DNA of 36,370 bases from Perkinsus chesapeaki ATCC PRA-425 (taxonomy: Eukaryota; Protista; Perkinsozoa): the NCBI GenBank assembly GCA_013115145.1, contig JAAPAO010000362.1, positions 1-36,370 of the forward strand, given 5' to 3'. Below the pieces are notes generated by a model. It searched no databases. It was given only the letters and a program-made list of their open reading frames with translations, and was not told the DNA's origin. The translations under genes and the position numbers were made by a program. Within the stretch, counting starts at the first letter, position 1, and each line of letters starts with the position of its first letter. Shown here piece by piece: positions 1 through 11,718 of this stretch.

Positions 1-121
1 CAACCATCCTAACATAATGCCAGGTTCTTGTGTTGATGAAACTACTATTACGTCTCGGGATGACTTGCTACACATAACTCAAGATACTAGTTACTTGTTC
101 ATTATAAGTCATTGAACTGAT

Positions 122-991
122 ATGGCTGCTTCTTCGAAGCCTACTGGCAAGCGAGCTATCTGGACTGCCGAGGAGGTCGATCTTCTGGGATCCCTTGTGG
201 TGGACGGCGACCAGAATAGACGCCAAGTTATCTTGAGCAAAGGCTTGCAAGGCGATGATCGCAAAAAGAAGAAAGCCGCCTGGGACTCTGTCGCTGATGA
301 ATTCAATATGAGGGCATCTGTTCTCGACGTTGGCTACAGCGGCTGGATGCGCAGTGCCGAGCAAATAAAACAGCGCTGGCATAAGGGGAGGTCTGAAGCC
401 AAAAATCAGAATGCTGTTGCGAAGGCTAGTGTGGTATCAACCGGTGGAGGCAAGATAGGTGTTGACAAGCATCTGCAAAACTACTTACAAGGGTTATCTG
501 AAGAGGAGCTTGAAGGCTGCAATGACGAAGAATATGGGTCCGTTAATTTGGAGGAGGTCTAAATCATTGAGGAGATGACACGCTTGGCAGGGTCAACCTC
601 TAGTACCTCTAAAGATCCCGAAGGAAGCGGTATTCAACTTACAAGCACAGTCGATGATGAGCCCCCCGCGCTACTACCAATTGCTGCTCCTTCGGCTTCT
701 GCAAGTACAGCCCCACAATCGGTGAGTGCTATCGTTGCGAAATCGGGCAATGGCGAGTTTTCTTTGAAAAGAAGACGTCCCACTTCTGACATACGACAGA
801 AGGGTTGTACTTCTACACCTAAGAGGAAAAAACAGGGCGTCTCTAAGGACATTGAAGATACCCTGCTGGAAGAAGAGTTGAAGGTCACTAAACTGTGGAA
901 ACGTGTTTTGAGAATTAAGCTAGAGATGTACAGGAAAACTTTGTCTGAGCTGGGGCTTGATGAGCCCGGATCAGAGGATGATAGCTCGTAG
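122..991 (+). pseudogene. Harbinger Myb/SANT-like (trihelix) DNA-binding protein, interrupted by a single in-frame TAA at 560-562
   Basis: WTAEEV...AWDSVADEFN...RSAEQIKQRW is the three-Trp Myb/MADF pattern. ORFs 122-562 and 575-991 share a frame (EEV*IIEEMTR). It ends in a coiled-coil-like C-terminus, as in Harbinger accessory proteins. Confidence 0.75.
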
Positions 992-1381
992 CGTATTATG
1001 TGATCGGTGTTCAAGTTTCACTCTTGCTCTGGTTGGTAAATTACTTTCTTTATAAATAATGAATAGAGATAAGTGTAATCTGTGGAATACAGTATGTTCA
1101 ACATACTATGTTGTCAATGGCCGCGGCTATGTAATTGCTATTACCCTGTGTACTGTAGTTCGTGCAATAGTAGTGTGATAGACTATCATCTTTTTCTTTC
1201 TAGCATGTTTCGAGTCACCTCAGTTGCGTAAATTAACCCATAAAGTCAAGGCGGATTCATAAAGTCTAATAATTGACAGTAACACGCCGTGTTAAACACG
1301 GTCATCGCATAGCACTACTGAGTTGTAACATTACTGAGCACTCAACAAGTTGACAGTTGCTTTTCTGGAGCTTCCCAACGC

Positions 1382-2616
1382 ATGCCCCATATAATCCGTC
1401 GCGTAATTCGCCGTCGCCGTGAGAATCGCGAACAACAAAATCGAGGACCTTACCGTCTCTGGATGGACCCCAAATGTCTGACAGACCCTGCCTTTCTGGC
1501 TCAGTTTAGGCTCGCGCCACTGGCAGTCGAAAGCCTGTTGGTCGAGATAGGGCACAGAATAAGCTACGCACTGACTCCAGCAAACAAACAAACCCAACAA
1601 GGCCGCCCCTTGCCGTTGCATGTAGTAGTATGCGTTGCACTAAAGTTCCTGGGTCATAACACGGTATATCGAGATCTATCCATACAGTTTGGAGTGAGCC
1701 TCGGCGTGGTGCAGCGGTGCATTGATGCGTTCATTTTCGCCATACTCACTTGTTGTACGCCCCAAGAGATCACGTTTCCACCTCCGAACGTTGATGATGT
1801 GATGAGGGACTTCAAAGAGAAGCGTGGAATACCCTACGTTATCGGGTCGATAGACGGTTGTCACGTGAGGCTCGCGGGCAAGCCCGTCCGCAATCCGGCG
1901 GTGTATTACTGCAGGAAGAACTTTTACTCTCTTAACTGTCTCTTCATTGTAAGTCCTGATCTGACTATTTCTCATTGTGTTTCGAAATATGGCGGCGGTA
2001 GCCACGACTCATATATTTTGAAGCGGTCTCCGTTATGGCCGGCTTTGTCGAGAGTAGACGCGTTACTTCCAACACATCCTGAGCTCGTCTTGTTGGTGAT
2101 GCAGGGTTCCCCTTGCTACCAAACTTGTTAACACCGTTCCCGCATGTACAGAGACAGAATGACGCACTGGTTAATACGTACAACTTTCATCATTCTTCCA
2201 CTCGTTTTGTCTGTGAAAGAGCGTTCGGTGTGCTCAAGAGCCGTTGGAGAAGTGTCCACTCGGGGTTGAGGGTCGAGCCGGATCAGGCAGCTAGAATAGT
2301 CGCTGTAGTGGTGACGTTGCATAATATGTGTAGGAGGCGCGGCTGGCGGTCTTTTGAAGCTGACGATTATGTAGACCCAGAGGTCCTACGAGCGATCCGC
2401 AGGGAAAATGAGGTCGACGATGACCAAAGAGATGTCGATGCAGAACCAGTGGGCTTGCGAGATATTGTCGAACGAGACGTCCTTAGGGATGAACCTCGAG
2501 AGTTGCAGAATGCGGGGAACCCATTGGGATTCCGCCAGCTGGCCCGGGCTCGACGGGACCGACTTGCCAATTGGCTGGCCTTTGTCCGGCAGGCCCAGAT
2601 GGGAGTAATAAATTGA
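1382..2616 (+). pseudogene. Harbinger DDE transposase (HARBI1-like) with a 1-nt frameshift at ~2095
   Basis: Motifs IGSIDGCHV, GGSHDSYIL, (LL)GDAGFPLLPNLLTPF and RFVCERAFGVLKSRW, plus LHNMC. The GDAGF motif is restored only by adding one G at TTGTTGGTGAT (2090-2100). Confidence 0.9.
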
Positions 2617-2822
2617 TGAGTAGCTCTTTGTCATTACTAGCAGCAGCTTATAAGTAGCCTATTAGCGAAGATTCTTGGTCAATGAGCGAATAATGTCATA
2701 ATAAGTTAACATAAGTAGAAACCTGCTAGGAGTTGTGTTGTAGAACTATCCGTTTAGCCAATGATAGTTGGGGGAGACACGTGCCGTCACGCGCCACAAA
2801 ATGTTCGGAAGGGATTTTTGTC

Positions 2823-3005
2823 ATTCTGAAATATTGCATTCTGGAATGAGTTTCAGAATCAATTTTGAAATTCTCTGAACATGTTCAGAATGCATTCCGA
2901 AACTAATTCTGGAATTAATTCTGGAATCAGTTCTCTGAACGCGTTTTTCGCGAAACTCATTCTGGAATCAATTCTGAATTTCAGAATTCGTTTACTGAAC
3001 AGCCC
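2823..3005. repeat. Subterminal direct/inverted repeat cluster of the transposon (TTCTGGAAT / TTCTGAA / TTCAGAA units)
   Basis: About a dozen related TTC-N1/2-GAA units in both orientations, with a perfect 14-bp palindrome CTGAACATGTTCAG at 2875-2888. Confidence 0.85.
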
Positions 3006-3799
3006 GTTGGTTCTTCGCAAGACCCTAGTATCAGCAGCCTGCTGACATCTGAGCAAGGTGTGGTCTAAGCACACAGCTCACTTACGACTTTGAGCCGACA
3101 ATCTATACACGCCAAATCTTTCTGGCGACACTTTCTACCATCTGTCGTCTCCGCCCTAAGAGTACAACGTTGCTGTGACGACCAACGATACCAAAAAATA
3201 TAAAAAGTAGTGCTTATAACGGATGGACCAGCTGTATTAGAATTGGATATGCAATAAGGTATGTTGCTGGTGTGAATAACTCAACCAAAGGGATGCACGG
3301 AGAGTGGTCATGAACGAAGAATGATTCTAATAAAAGCGGCGGTGGTCTCCAACTCACCATTCTAACTTCAGAGCACAACGGCGCTCAGAAGGAGGTGATA
3401 GTACATATATAAATATAACTATACGAGATTATACGGCCTGCCGACACTTCGTCGGTGGAAGCCCTGTCGCCTCGTGGACGAAAAGCTATAAGAGAGTATG
3501 TTCGGTACAACGTAACTGCCGCGTCACAATGCAACAAAAGCAAGATAACATGGGGTTCCAATCGCCAGAGGATATGAACAAGGGAAAGTAACCAAGAGCA
3601 GCTGGCACGGTTCTGCTAAAGAACTGTTTCTCGGTGAAGAAAACTACTATACTCTGGCTCATGTATCAGATTTGAACCATAGCATAAGATAGATGATGAT
3701 GATTTATAAGACACCATGTGACATGATCACGCAAGAAGATTCATCCATCCTATACTATGATCCTTGCGCGAAACGAAGATAGAGTTACACGGACGAATC

Positions 3800-5202
3800 T
3801 CAGTCGCTGAATGCACTGGATGTCAGTGAGCCTTTCGGCTTGCCCTCGTGCTGGGCAAAACTCAACACGTTAGTATTCCTGGACCACGACGGTGAGCATG
3901 CTGATCATCCCTGCACAGCTTGAAGCCTCTCCTCTATCTCCCTGAGCCATAGGAGTCTAGCGAGACCAGAGAATTCACCTCACTTCTCCCGATCAGCTAG
4001 TTTCGCCTCAATAGCGGCTGCCAACTCGGCCAGCTTTTCATGGACGGCAACGGCAGTAGCTGAAACATGGTAATCCAGGACATCGTCCAATCAGCGACTA
4101 ACCCTCATCCATGCCACTTTCCATGAGCTCCTGGACTTCCGTGATTCGGAAACTCTTCTCTGCTTCACCGTCCACCGGTGAGGAGGAGGACTCATTCTCT
4201 GGACGGTTCTCCGTATCGTCCACCTGCGCTGCACTGACTGAGCGTTCTACCCTCCGTTGCATCGTTTCCAACGACATTTCCGCTCGTTCTGAAGGGCACT
4301 CATTGGCCGCGAAAGCAAGCCGACCCTCACCAGAGACCTCGATGGCTTCGTCTAATGGTGGAGGTCCTTCGGGCTCCTGTATTGGTAGGGAGATCTGACA
4401 ATTCCGAAAACTGGGCGTAGCTATCAGCTGAGCTCTGCCACCTCAATTCTTTCGATTTCTCTCGGCCAAATGAGAGTGTACATGTAGAGGTTGAAATGCG
4501 CGAAGAACGACATGTCGAGATAATCGGCCAAAAGGCGCATCTCCGCTGTGGAGAACACGGGGTGCCTGATCTTTGGATCAGCACTGCTGTTAAGAGACAG
4601 CTACTCGACGGTATACAGCAATGCAAGCTCTCTGAACTTATCCACGACAGCAGCTTTGTCAAGACTGCGCACGACCTGCCCTGACGAATTGGTTCCCAGC
4701 CCGGATCGAATCTGGCGTCAGTGGATAATATCTTGACGCTACTACCGCTGCCTCACTGTATCGAGGAGCATTTTAACTATCATGTGGGCGACTGCTGTTT
4801 GGCGGGCATTCAAGCACAGCCCATCACTTCTTTGATCACTGCAGCGTTCGATAAGAGTTAGGTAACTAGCTGGGCATATGAACTGAGCGACGTGACCATG
4901 ATAGTAATACAGCTGCATCTCGATTTCCTTCCTAAACTCGTCACTCGCCTCAACTACCATCTTCGACTCTAATAACCCCATTCGAGTTGCCTCCGATGCC
5001 TCCCAGATAGCCACGATGTCATCCTCTACAAGAATTAGGCTATGCCCCGTCTCCAAAGACCTGGCAGTTTTTGCTCTCTGCGACGGCGTTTGACGGTTCA
5101 CTTAGGATCAGCAGGTTCCGCTTCCTCTACCGGGCTCTCTTCTGGCTTCTCCTCCTCCGGTGGTGGTTCTACCTTAGGCTGCTGCTTTGGCTTTGGCCCC
5201 AT
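3800..5202 (-). CDS. CFAP119/CCDC189-like flagellar central-pair protein (C1a-32/CLAMP domain), multi-exon; 3' end uncertain (3905 or 3800)
   Basis: Spliced reading: MGPKPKQQPKVEPPPEEEKP...EIEMQLYYYHGHVAQF...LNARQTAVAHMIVKMLLDT...FRELALL...PVFSTAEMRLLADYLDMSFFAHFNLYMYTL, then a C-terminal coiled coil (EKLAELAAAIEAKL...EIEERLQ). This matches the F-x-E-x-x-x-L-x-D-Y...F-x-H-F-x-L-Y-x-Y pattern I recall for that family. Confidence 0.65.
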
Positions 5203-5412
5203 TGCAATAAATCAGGTGACTTCTCAGTGACTTCAACTCAAGAAAGCGAATGATTTCTCTATAGGGAAAATAAATCGCCTCAAGCTCCGGCAAAGGCAAC
5301 CTTCTGCCCGAAGACAGGAATTGCCCGACCTCGGCTGTGATGGCGGCGGTACTGACTGCTGAGTTGTTGTTATTATATTACACATGACCATGAGCTGCTC
5401 ACAGGTATAACT

Positions 5413-6991
5413 TCAATAATAAGAATAATAAGAATACAATTGATATCCGACAACGATAGCATCATCATCATCATCATCGCCAGCAGCTCTCCCTCCTCTT
5501 CCTTCTACCGACTTCCTACTCAACTGCAATGAAGTGAATGATGCCTCCATCCAAGCGAAACTGTCTAGGATGCTCCTGAACTCCGCCACTACCTAAGTAA
5601 TGGGCATCATACACTTACCTGGATAAGCTCCTGAAGCATACGCTCCATATCCTCAACCTCCGCGTACTGCGCAGATCGAGTTCGCAGATTTCTGCCGGCT
5701 ATTCTCAAAGGCATTCTGAGATTTTCGAATGAGGGATCAAATCCTCCCTTCCTTCTTCCCCTACTGGTACTGGTCCATCTCCAGGAATAGTGCCTCCAAA
5801 TCGGCCACCAAAGACTCTTTAAGAGACATCGAGTGACCTTCACCAGCCGAAGTAGTAGGAGTGCTGCTACCAGAGCCTCCCTAAACCACGCCCATGGCGA
5901 CTCGAAAGGCAGTAGCAAGTGCCGCACCTCCAGCTCCTCGGGCACTGTAGTAGAGCGAGCAGACGAGCGCTCGGTATTGACTGCAGACGAACTCTCGGTT
6001 ATTCGAGGCATCCTCGGTAATCGACTCTGCAATGCCAGTTACCACTCTCTCCCCAACTCTACACTTACCCCCGGACTTATCAGATCTTCATCAGAATCTT
6101 CCTCATCAGAGTAGAGAAAAGTTAGCCTCGGCAGCTCCACCAAGGCTGGATAAACCACCGGGTGCTCATCATCATCCTGCTGCTGCTCTTGTTGGACTTC
6201 ACCCTCCTCCATCATTAGTTGGAACTCCGTGAAAAGCCTCCGCGGTTGGATACCATCACAGGGCATCGGACGGCATCGGCTCCTATACTTATCAATCTTA
6301 GGCGGGGAAGGGCTCCTCGAGCGCCTACTAGATCCAGGCTGACCAAGGAACACTTCACACTCAGCCAATCCACAACCTGACCCAACCCACCTTCCGCTGC
6401 GGCGTAACAGGAGCTGCTGTCTCCTCCTCCTCGACGAATCGTGCGCTGGGTACATAGAGCGAGTGGCTCCCAGTAGGTGTCATCGCTGCTGCTTGCAGCT
6501 TGGGCAAAGGCGACAGTGCTTCACTCAGCGGCGGCAACAACCTCTTAGACAGGAACTCTGGCGTCTGCTGCATCGGTCCGATGCTGCTTGCGGTGGAATC
6601 TTCCCGGAAGAGCTGAAAGCCGCCCATCACTACAACACGGTGGGGCGGCGGCTGGCAGACCTACCCTAACGGATCTAGGGTCCCCTCGCAGAACAGAGTC
6701 CCCCATGAACCTGCTAGTAGCAGCCGTCGAGGGTGTAGCTGCTGCTGCTCCGGTAAGTGTCGTATTCTTGAAGTCGATATCGAGTATCCCTTCCTCTGTA
6801 GCCGCCAGTGGCCTCTTCTTGTTGGGTTGAGGTGGAGTTGACAGGCCAATATGATGGCCCTGAACAACCGCCATCCAACCCGAATCCAGAACCAAGTCTA
6901 CCGGTACTGCGACTGCTTTAAGGAGATCCCCTTTTCCTCCAGCCTCCGCATGATGCTCTTGCTCAGAAGGTGCGTTGTGGTGAGTATACAT
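5413..6991 (-). CDS. Hypothetical low-complexity/coiled-coil protein, multi-exon, boundaries approximate
   Basis: Open exon-like stretches bounded by GTAAG/GTAG donors, e.g. YAEVEDMERMLQELIQ|gtaag and VAEFRSILDSFAWMEASF...GDDDDDD. No family recognised. Confidence 0.45.
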
Positions 6992-7002
6992 GTCACAGTA
7001 AG

Positions 7003-7047
7003 CGACTAATAATCGAAAGGTCCCCGGTTCGAATCCCCCCTCCGACA
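7003..7047 (+). pseudogene. 3' half relic of tRNA-Ile(AAT)
   Basis: CGA-CTAATAA-TCGAA (anticodon AAT at 7008-7010), variable AGGTC, B-box GGTTCGAATCC, a 7-nt acceptor strand CTCCGAC, A, then TTTT, all at canonical spacing. There is no 5' half or A-box, and the T-stem is disrupted. Confidence 0.7.
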
Positions 7048-7171
7048 TTTTAACCACTTAAATTCAAGAACAACTAAATCTACTTTAGTAACTAATGTGA
7101 TGTGACAAAACCGTTACAAATGATGTACATGACTCCATTTTCCATACATAGGAAACACCCTTTCTTCACCA

Positions 7172-7929
7172 TCACAGAACGCGGTAATAGGCGAGTGGTT
7201 TTCCCCCGCCGCCACTGTCACCATCATCTCCAGCGTCGGTAGTGTTGGTTGGATACTGCATCAGTGACTTGGACATTTCATTATTTCGGCCATCTCCTCG
7301 ACCACGGCCACGACGGCGCACATCTGATCTATAAATTCGGACGCAGAATAGGGCAGCTATGAAAGCCATACAGAGGAGGATAACAGCATATAAGTTCTTC
7401 ATCTGAAGGAGATGATAGGTTTTCTGACACCTCTAGCTGCTTGGCCGCCTCACATTAGATTCAGTATCGGAGTCCATTGAATTAGGCAAGGAAGCAAATG
7501 ATAACGATTGTGATGCTGCTGCTGGTGCTGAGTTATTTGGTATCTATGACCCGTGGTCAGCAACAGTAGTTTCAGAAGAGCGACGTACTACCACACTGGA
7601 AGCCGCCTCATGGAATACGTGTGCCAAACGATCGACTGATGATTTCTCAAACTCCTTTACGTCGCCGCCCAACACTGATGGGTCCTGGTGGATACTTTCC
7701 TGATGGACGAAGAATTGTACCCAAGCACCAGCGCGGTGGACTCGGATAAACGCAATCGGACGTTCGCTTTGACCACTCGGCCAACCTCTGTGTGCAAATA
7801 TGCCCCATTTACGACGAATATGGCAAATGGCAACGATATCCAACCAATCAGTCTTACCTTATCAACAGCCGCGCCACCGACGATCAGCACGGAACAGATG
7901 ATGACCGTCAACAAAGCTGTAATGGTCAT
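7172..7929 (-). CDS. Hypothetical type I membrane protein (signal peptide plus C-terminal TM), multi-exon
   Basis: First exon MTITALLTVIICSVLIVGGAAVDK|gtaag. Last exon MKNLYAVILLCMAFIAALFCVRIYRS followed by a basic RRRGRGRG stretch, preceded by a GT-AG intron. Confidence 0.5.
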
Positions 7930-8154
7930 TACGACGACAAAAATACTCAATAGGTGTATTACTTTAATTATATATAATAACGCAATAGTAAGGGCCCTTA
8001 CAAGAAGAAACAAGCGTATAGAAGTAACAATATCCTTTGATGTTGAGGAATTGTAAGGCTCCTCAAGATTTCAAGTGACGTATTTAACAGTGAACCCTCT
8101 TGATCTCTTAATGGGCGGTAATAATAACGTACGTTGAGCTCCAATGGCGATGCT

Positions 8155-10844
8155 CTACTCCTCCTCTTCCTCCTCTTGCTGGTCAAAGTCTTCTTGGAGC
8201 TTATCCCAGTCCACCTCTTCCTCAGCTGAAGCAGCAGCAGCCGCTGATGCCGCCTCAGCTGCAGTGACCGCCTTGGTGCCTGATAACCACCACCAACTTA
8301 TAAAACAGGAACATCATCAATGATAGTGAAAGGAGGTAGGACCAGGTTACCCTTAGAAGGTGCCTTCGAAGGTGGCTTATCAGCTTCCTCTTCCTCATCA
8401 TCGTCATCAGCAGCAGCACCCTCACCCAGTGCTTCATCGATAGTCGATAAGTCCTGGTGTATCTACCCATGATACCATACAATGCCATAACCACACCAAC
8501 CGGCCTCCCATACCGTGATGGTCTGCTTGCCATCGTCCCCCTCAGTGACATTAATCTCCTCCTCCTTCACTTCATCCTCCTCTTCCTCATCACCACCCTC
8601 TTTAGGAGGCAGCTCGAAGTAAGGAATTCGACCCCTGCACGAATGAACCGTTCAAAATGGTGGCTAAATGTACACGACAGCTTTCGTACTTCTGCCAATC
8701 ATAGAGAACGATCCTCGCTGTAGTCTCGATATCAGCTTCGCCTCCCTTCCGAAGTTTACCCATTTGTTTGGCCAACTAAAGGAGGCGGCGGAGCGCAGCG
8801 TTTTGTATTTCGCATTTTCAGCACTACCCTACCTGAGTGAGGAAGTCATCTCCATCGGTCCACTGGAAGTCATTCGGCAAGCTATACTTGGTAATGATGT
8901 CCTCCCTCTTAGCACGGGAAAGAACCTACCATAAGAACCCATCGGAAGACGCCGCCAGGAATCGAACCCACGCCACGGTTACGAAACACCAATAATACCA
9001 ACCCGCCATTATCCCTCCTACCTCGTCAATGTAGTTGCTCGGATTCTCCACTCTCTCAGGTCGGACAACTCCCTTCAGAATCTTCGCGCAGTCCTGAACC
9101 GCCCGCCATCACTGCCGCCATCAACCCGCGCAACCTTACCTGTTTGAAATCGTCGCTGGTCGCCGGGACAATGCCAGGGCAATCGATGAGATAGATCCTC
9201 TTAGTGAGAGCGACGTACTGCCAAACCTTAGTTTCGCCTGAGTACCATCCCATGACCACCAACCGAAAGCTCATCATTTGTCACCTGGAACCGGAGCGGC
9301 CTTGCAGACCTTCTTTCGCTTTAAGGCGTTAATGACAGAACTCTTGCCGACATTGGGATATCCGATCATACCAACCGATACGTGCCTGACGACAGAAAAA
9401 TAAACAAAATCTGCTTCGCTCCGCCAAGGAATGCACTCACTTCCTCTCCTTCAGCAACTGAGCAAACTGACGGAGCAGTTGGAAAAGTGCCGATTTGCCG
9501 AAGGGGTTCGTAACGCCTGATTTTCGACTCTAATACCACTCCTTCCTCAAATAGTCTTACTCGCATGGAAGGCCAGTGTAGGGAACTCCTTACTGAGGAC
9601 CTGTACCCATCGCTTCGTGGCCCAGGTTGGTATCAAATCACATTTATTGAGAATCTGACCAATCATCAACTACTACCATCAACATTCCTTCCAGCATTGC
9701 ATTACCAGCACGATATGCTTATTAGGGTGAGTCCGCCTAATCTCCCTCTCCAGTTTCTGACACCTGAATTCAGACCATTACAAAATGGTCACCGTCTGGC
9801 CTCACCTAGTGCCCATAGGATCTCTAGCATCGATAATCTCCAGGATCACATCACTCGAGTCCACGACCTTATACAGTTCTTGCCAGATCCTCCGAGATGT
9901 ACCCTTCTTGAAGACTTCTTCGTTAACAACTGTATGCCTATTTAAGGCAAGATACTTTCTAGGTCAAGTGGGGCACTCTTACTCTTCGTCGCGCATAACC
10001 CGGTTCTCCTCGGAGCTCTTATCCTTAGAAGGATCATATTCCTCAGCCATGCCTATACACAAAGGTACCGTGCTCAGATTACGTCACGCGCCACGAAATC
10101 CCTACGACTGGCTTTGTTAGCCATCTCCTCCATACTGCTGGTGCTCAAACGTGGACGCTTGCGTGTTTTAGTGGACCCGAAAGTCTTTTCAAATCTAAAC
10201 GATCCACATCAGCCCCGCGGTGAAGTGCCGAGTATTACGGTTCCACAGCCAGCAGGTTCTTCCTGGCAACCTTCCCTCTTGGTTGCTCCGTCTCATTCTG
10301 CCCCTCTGTGAGTAGCGACATGGGCAGTTTGGATGACTTCAACACCACCTGAGTTAAGTTGAAATTTCATCAAAAGATTCTCCGGAGGTTGAGTTGGCCT
10401 CCCCCCTAAAGTACCTGGAATGGATCATTAACACTTTGCCCAATCTCCTCCCGAAACTTCTGAAGCTTCTGTTGGCTTAAAACCCTCGTGTTGCCGAACC
10501 ATCGACGATCGGGTGCAATACGGGCCGGTCCAGTAGGTTGGATTTTCCGCTAACAACATAATCAATGTCACATTTCACCTTCTTTTACTCCATCTACTAC
10601 CTTATTAAGATCAGCCTTCTTCAGTTTCTGACTGTACATATTCAACCGTCTTATGGTGTTCTTAGATCGCATAAAGCCAGGAGCACTTGAGCCAGTTTTT
10701 CTAAGAGCCCATATTATAGATCCTCCTCTTAATCAACTATTGTTACCTATCCGGATTGGTACTGGCATTGCCAGGGTTGAAGGCCTTCCCTTGAGCCCTC
10801 GATTTGGCTCCTCCGACACTCTTATGTTTTGTTTCTTTGGCCAT
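8155..10844 (-). CDS. NOG2: Nucleolar GTP-binding protein 2 (circularly permuted GTPase), multi-exon
   Basis: [58 protein letters not shown] (G4), [14 protein letters not shown] (G1), GETKVWQY (G2), DCPG (G3), [10 protein letters not shown], and an acidic tail. Confidence 0.97.
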
Positions 10845-11718
10845 CTAGGATAGAAGAACCCAACTGATAATTTACTATATCAGGCCAACTCGCGTAATCA
10901 CTGAAATCTAAGATTCTCCAAAAATTTTTAACGTCGTCCCCTCTTTCTAACCGTTTCGGTTGCCGCCAAAACTACCCCGATCGACCTAAGATTCCCTCCA
11001 TCAATGAACGAAGCTCATACGGATCGATTATAGAGGCATTAACCATTCTCCCACGAATGAAACGCACACGATGCCATCTGCGTCTCAAGACGGTGCTTCG
11101 CGGATGAATCGATCATCATGGCGAGCGCTAGTTGCAAAGAACCAAAATATACACTGACAGTGGATCTTTTGCTCATATGGCATTGCCATAATGGCAGCAG
11201 ATTTTGTCAATCGTATTCCTTTGCTCAGTAATGAATTAAGCGAAGGTCCTAACACTGGTCATCACGAAAGGAGACAGTGCATTTTTCCGAATTACCCTCG
11301 GCTTCATCGAGAGCCTGGGCTCAAGACCCCACTAAGTAGTGTATCAGTCACTGATGAGCCCTGAGATTTGGCCGTAGCAGACGAAGCTCCTAACAAGAGC
11401 CCCGGTAAGCGCTGTCTGAAACGCTGTCTAATCTTGCTTCCTAAGTAACTCTTACCTTTCCTTAACAGACGTTGGTGCAACTTGCACAAAATCGGTCTTA
11501 ATGGTCATGGATTACACTCACTAGAAAAGCCACCTAGGGCCGGACCTCGGATTAATAGCTCTGATGGTCTGTGGAGCAAAAGTGGGTTCTGTCTTTTATA
11601 ATGTTGTCAATGGCTATCCAGATGGGTCAGATTACTGGCATTTTCATGTTCGCTTGTCGCATTTTGGCACTCCACTTTTATCCCTTGCCAGCAGCTCCTT
11701 TTACTCGGGAGTTCCCCC

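Larger units (their letters stand above)
1..3005 (+). mobile_element. PIF/Harbinger-superfamily DNA transposon (left end outside window)
   Basis: Has the two-gene layout typical of Harbinger (Myb/SANT-like gene plus DDE_Tnp_4-type transposase). A repetitive subterminal region follows, ending ...ACTGAACAGCCC (reverse complement GGGCTGTTCAGT, a GGG-start TIR-like end). The left TIR and TSD cannot be checked. Confidence 0.85.

Noticed and set aside
3006-3790. Possible gene or element between the transposon end and the CFAP119-like gene
   Set aside because: No ORF, splice pattern or repeat that I can support.
5613-5622. ACTTACCTGG, like the U1 snRNA 5' end
   Set aside because: It is the reverse complement of a minus-strand 5' splice site (CCAG|GTAAGT), and no U1 body follows.
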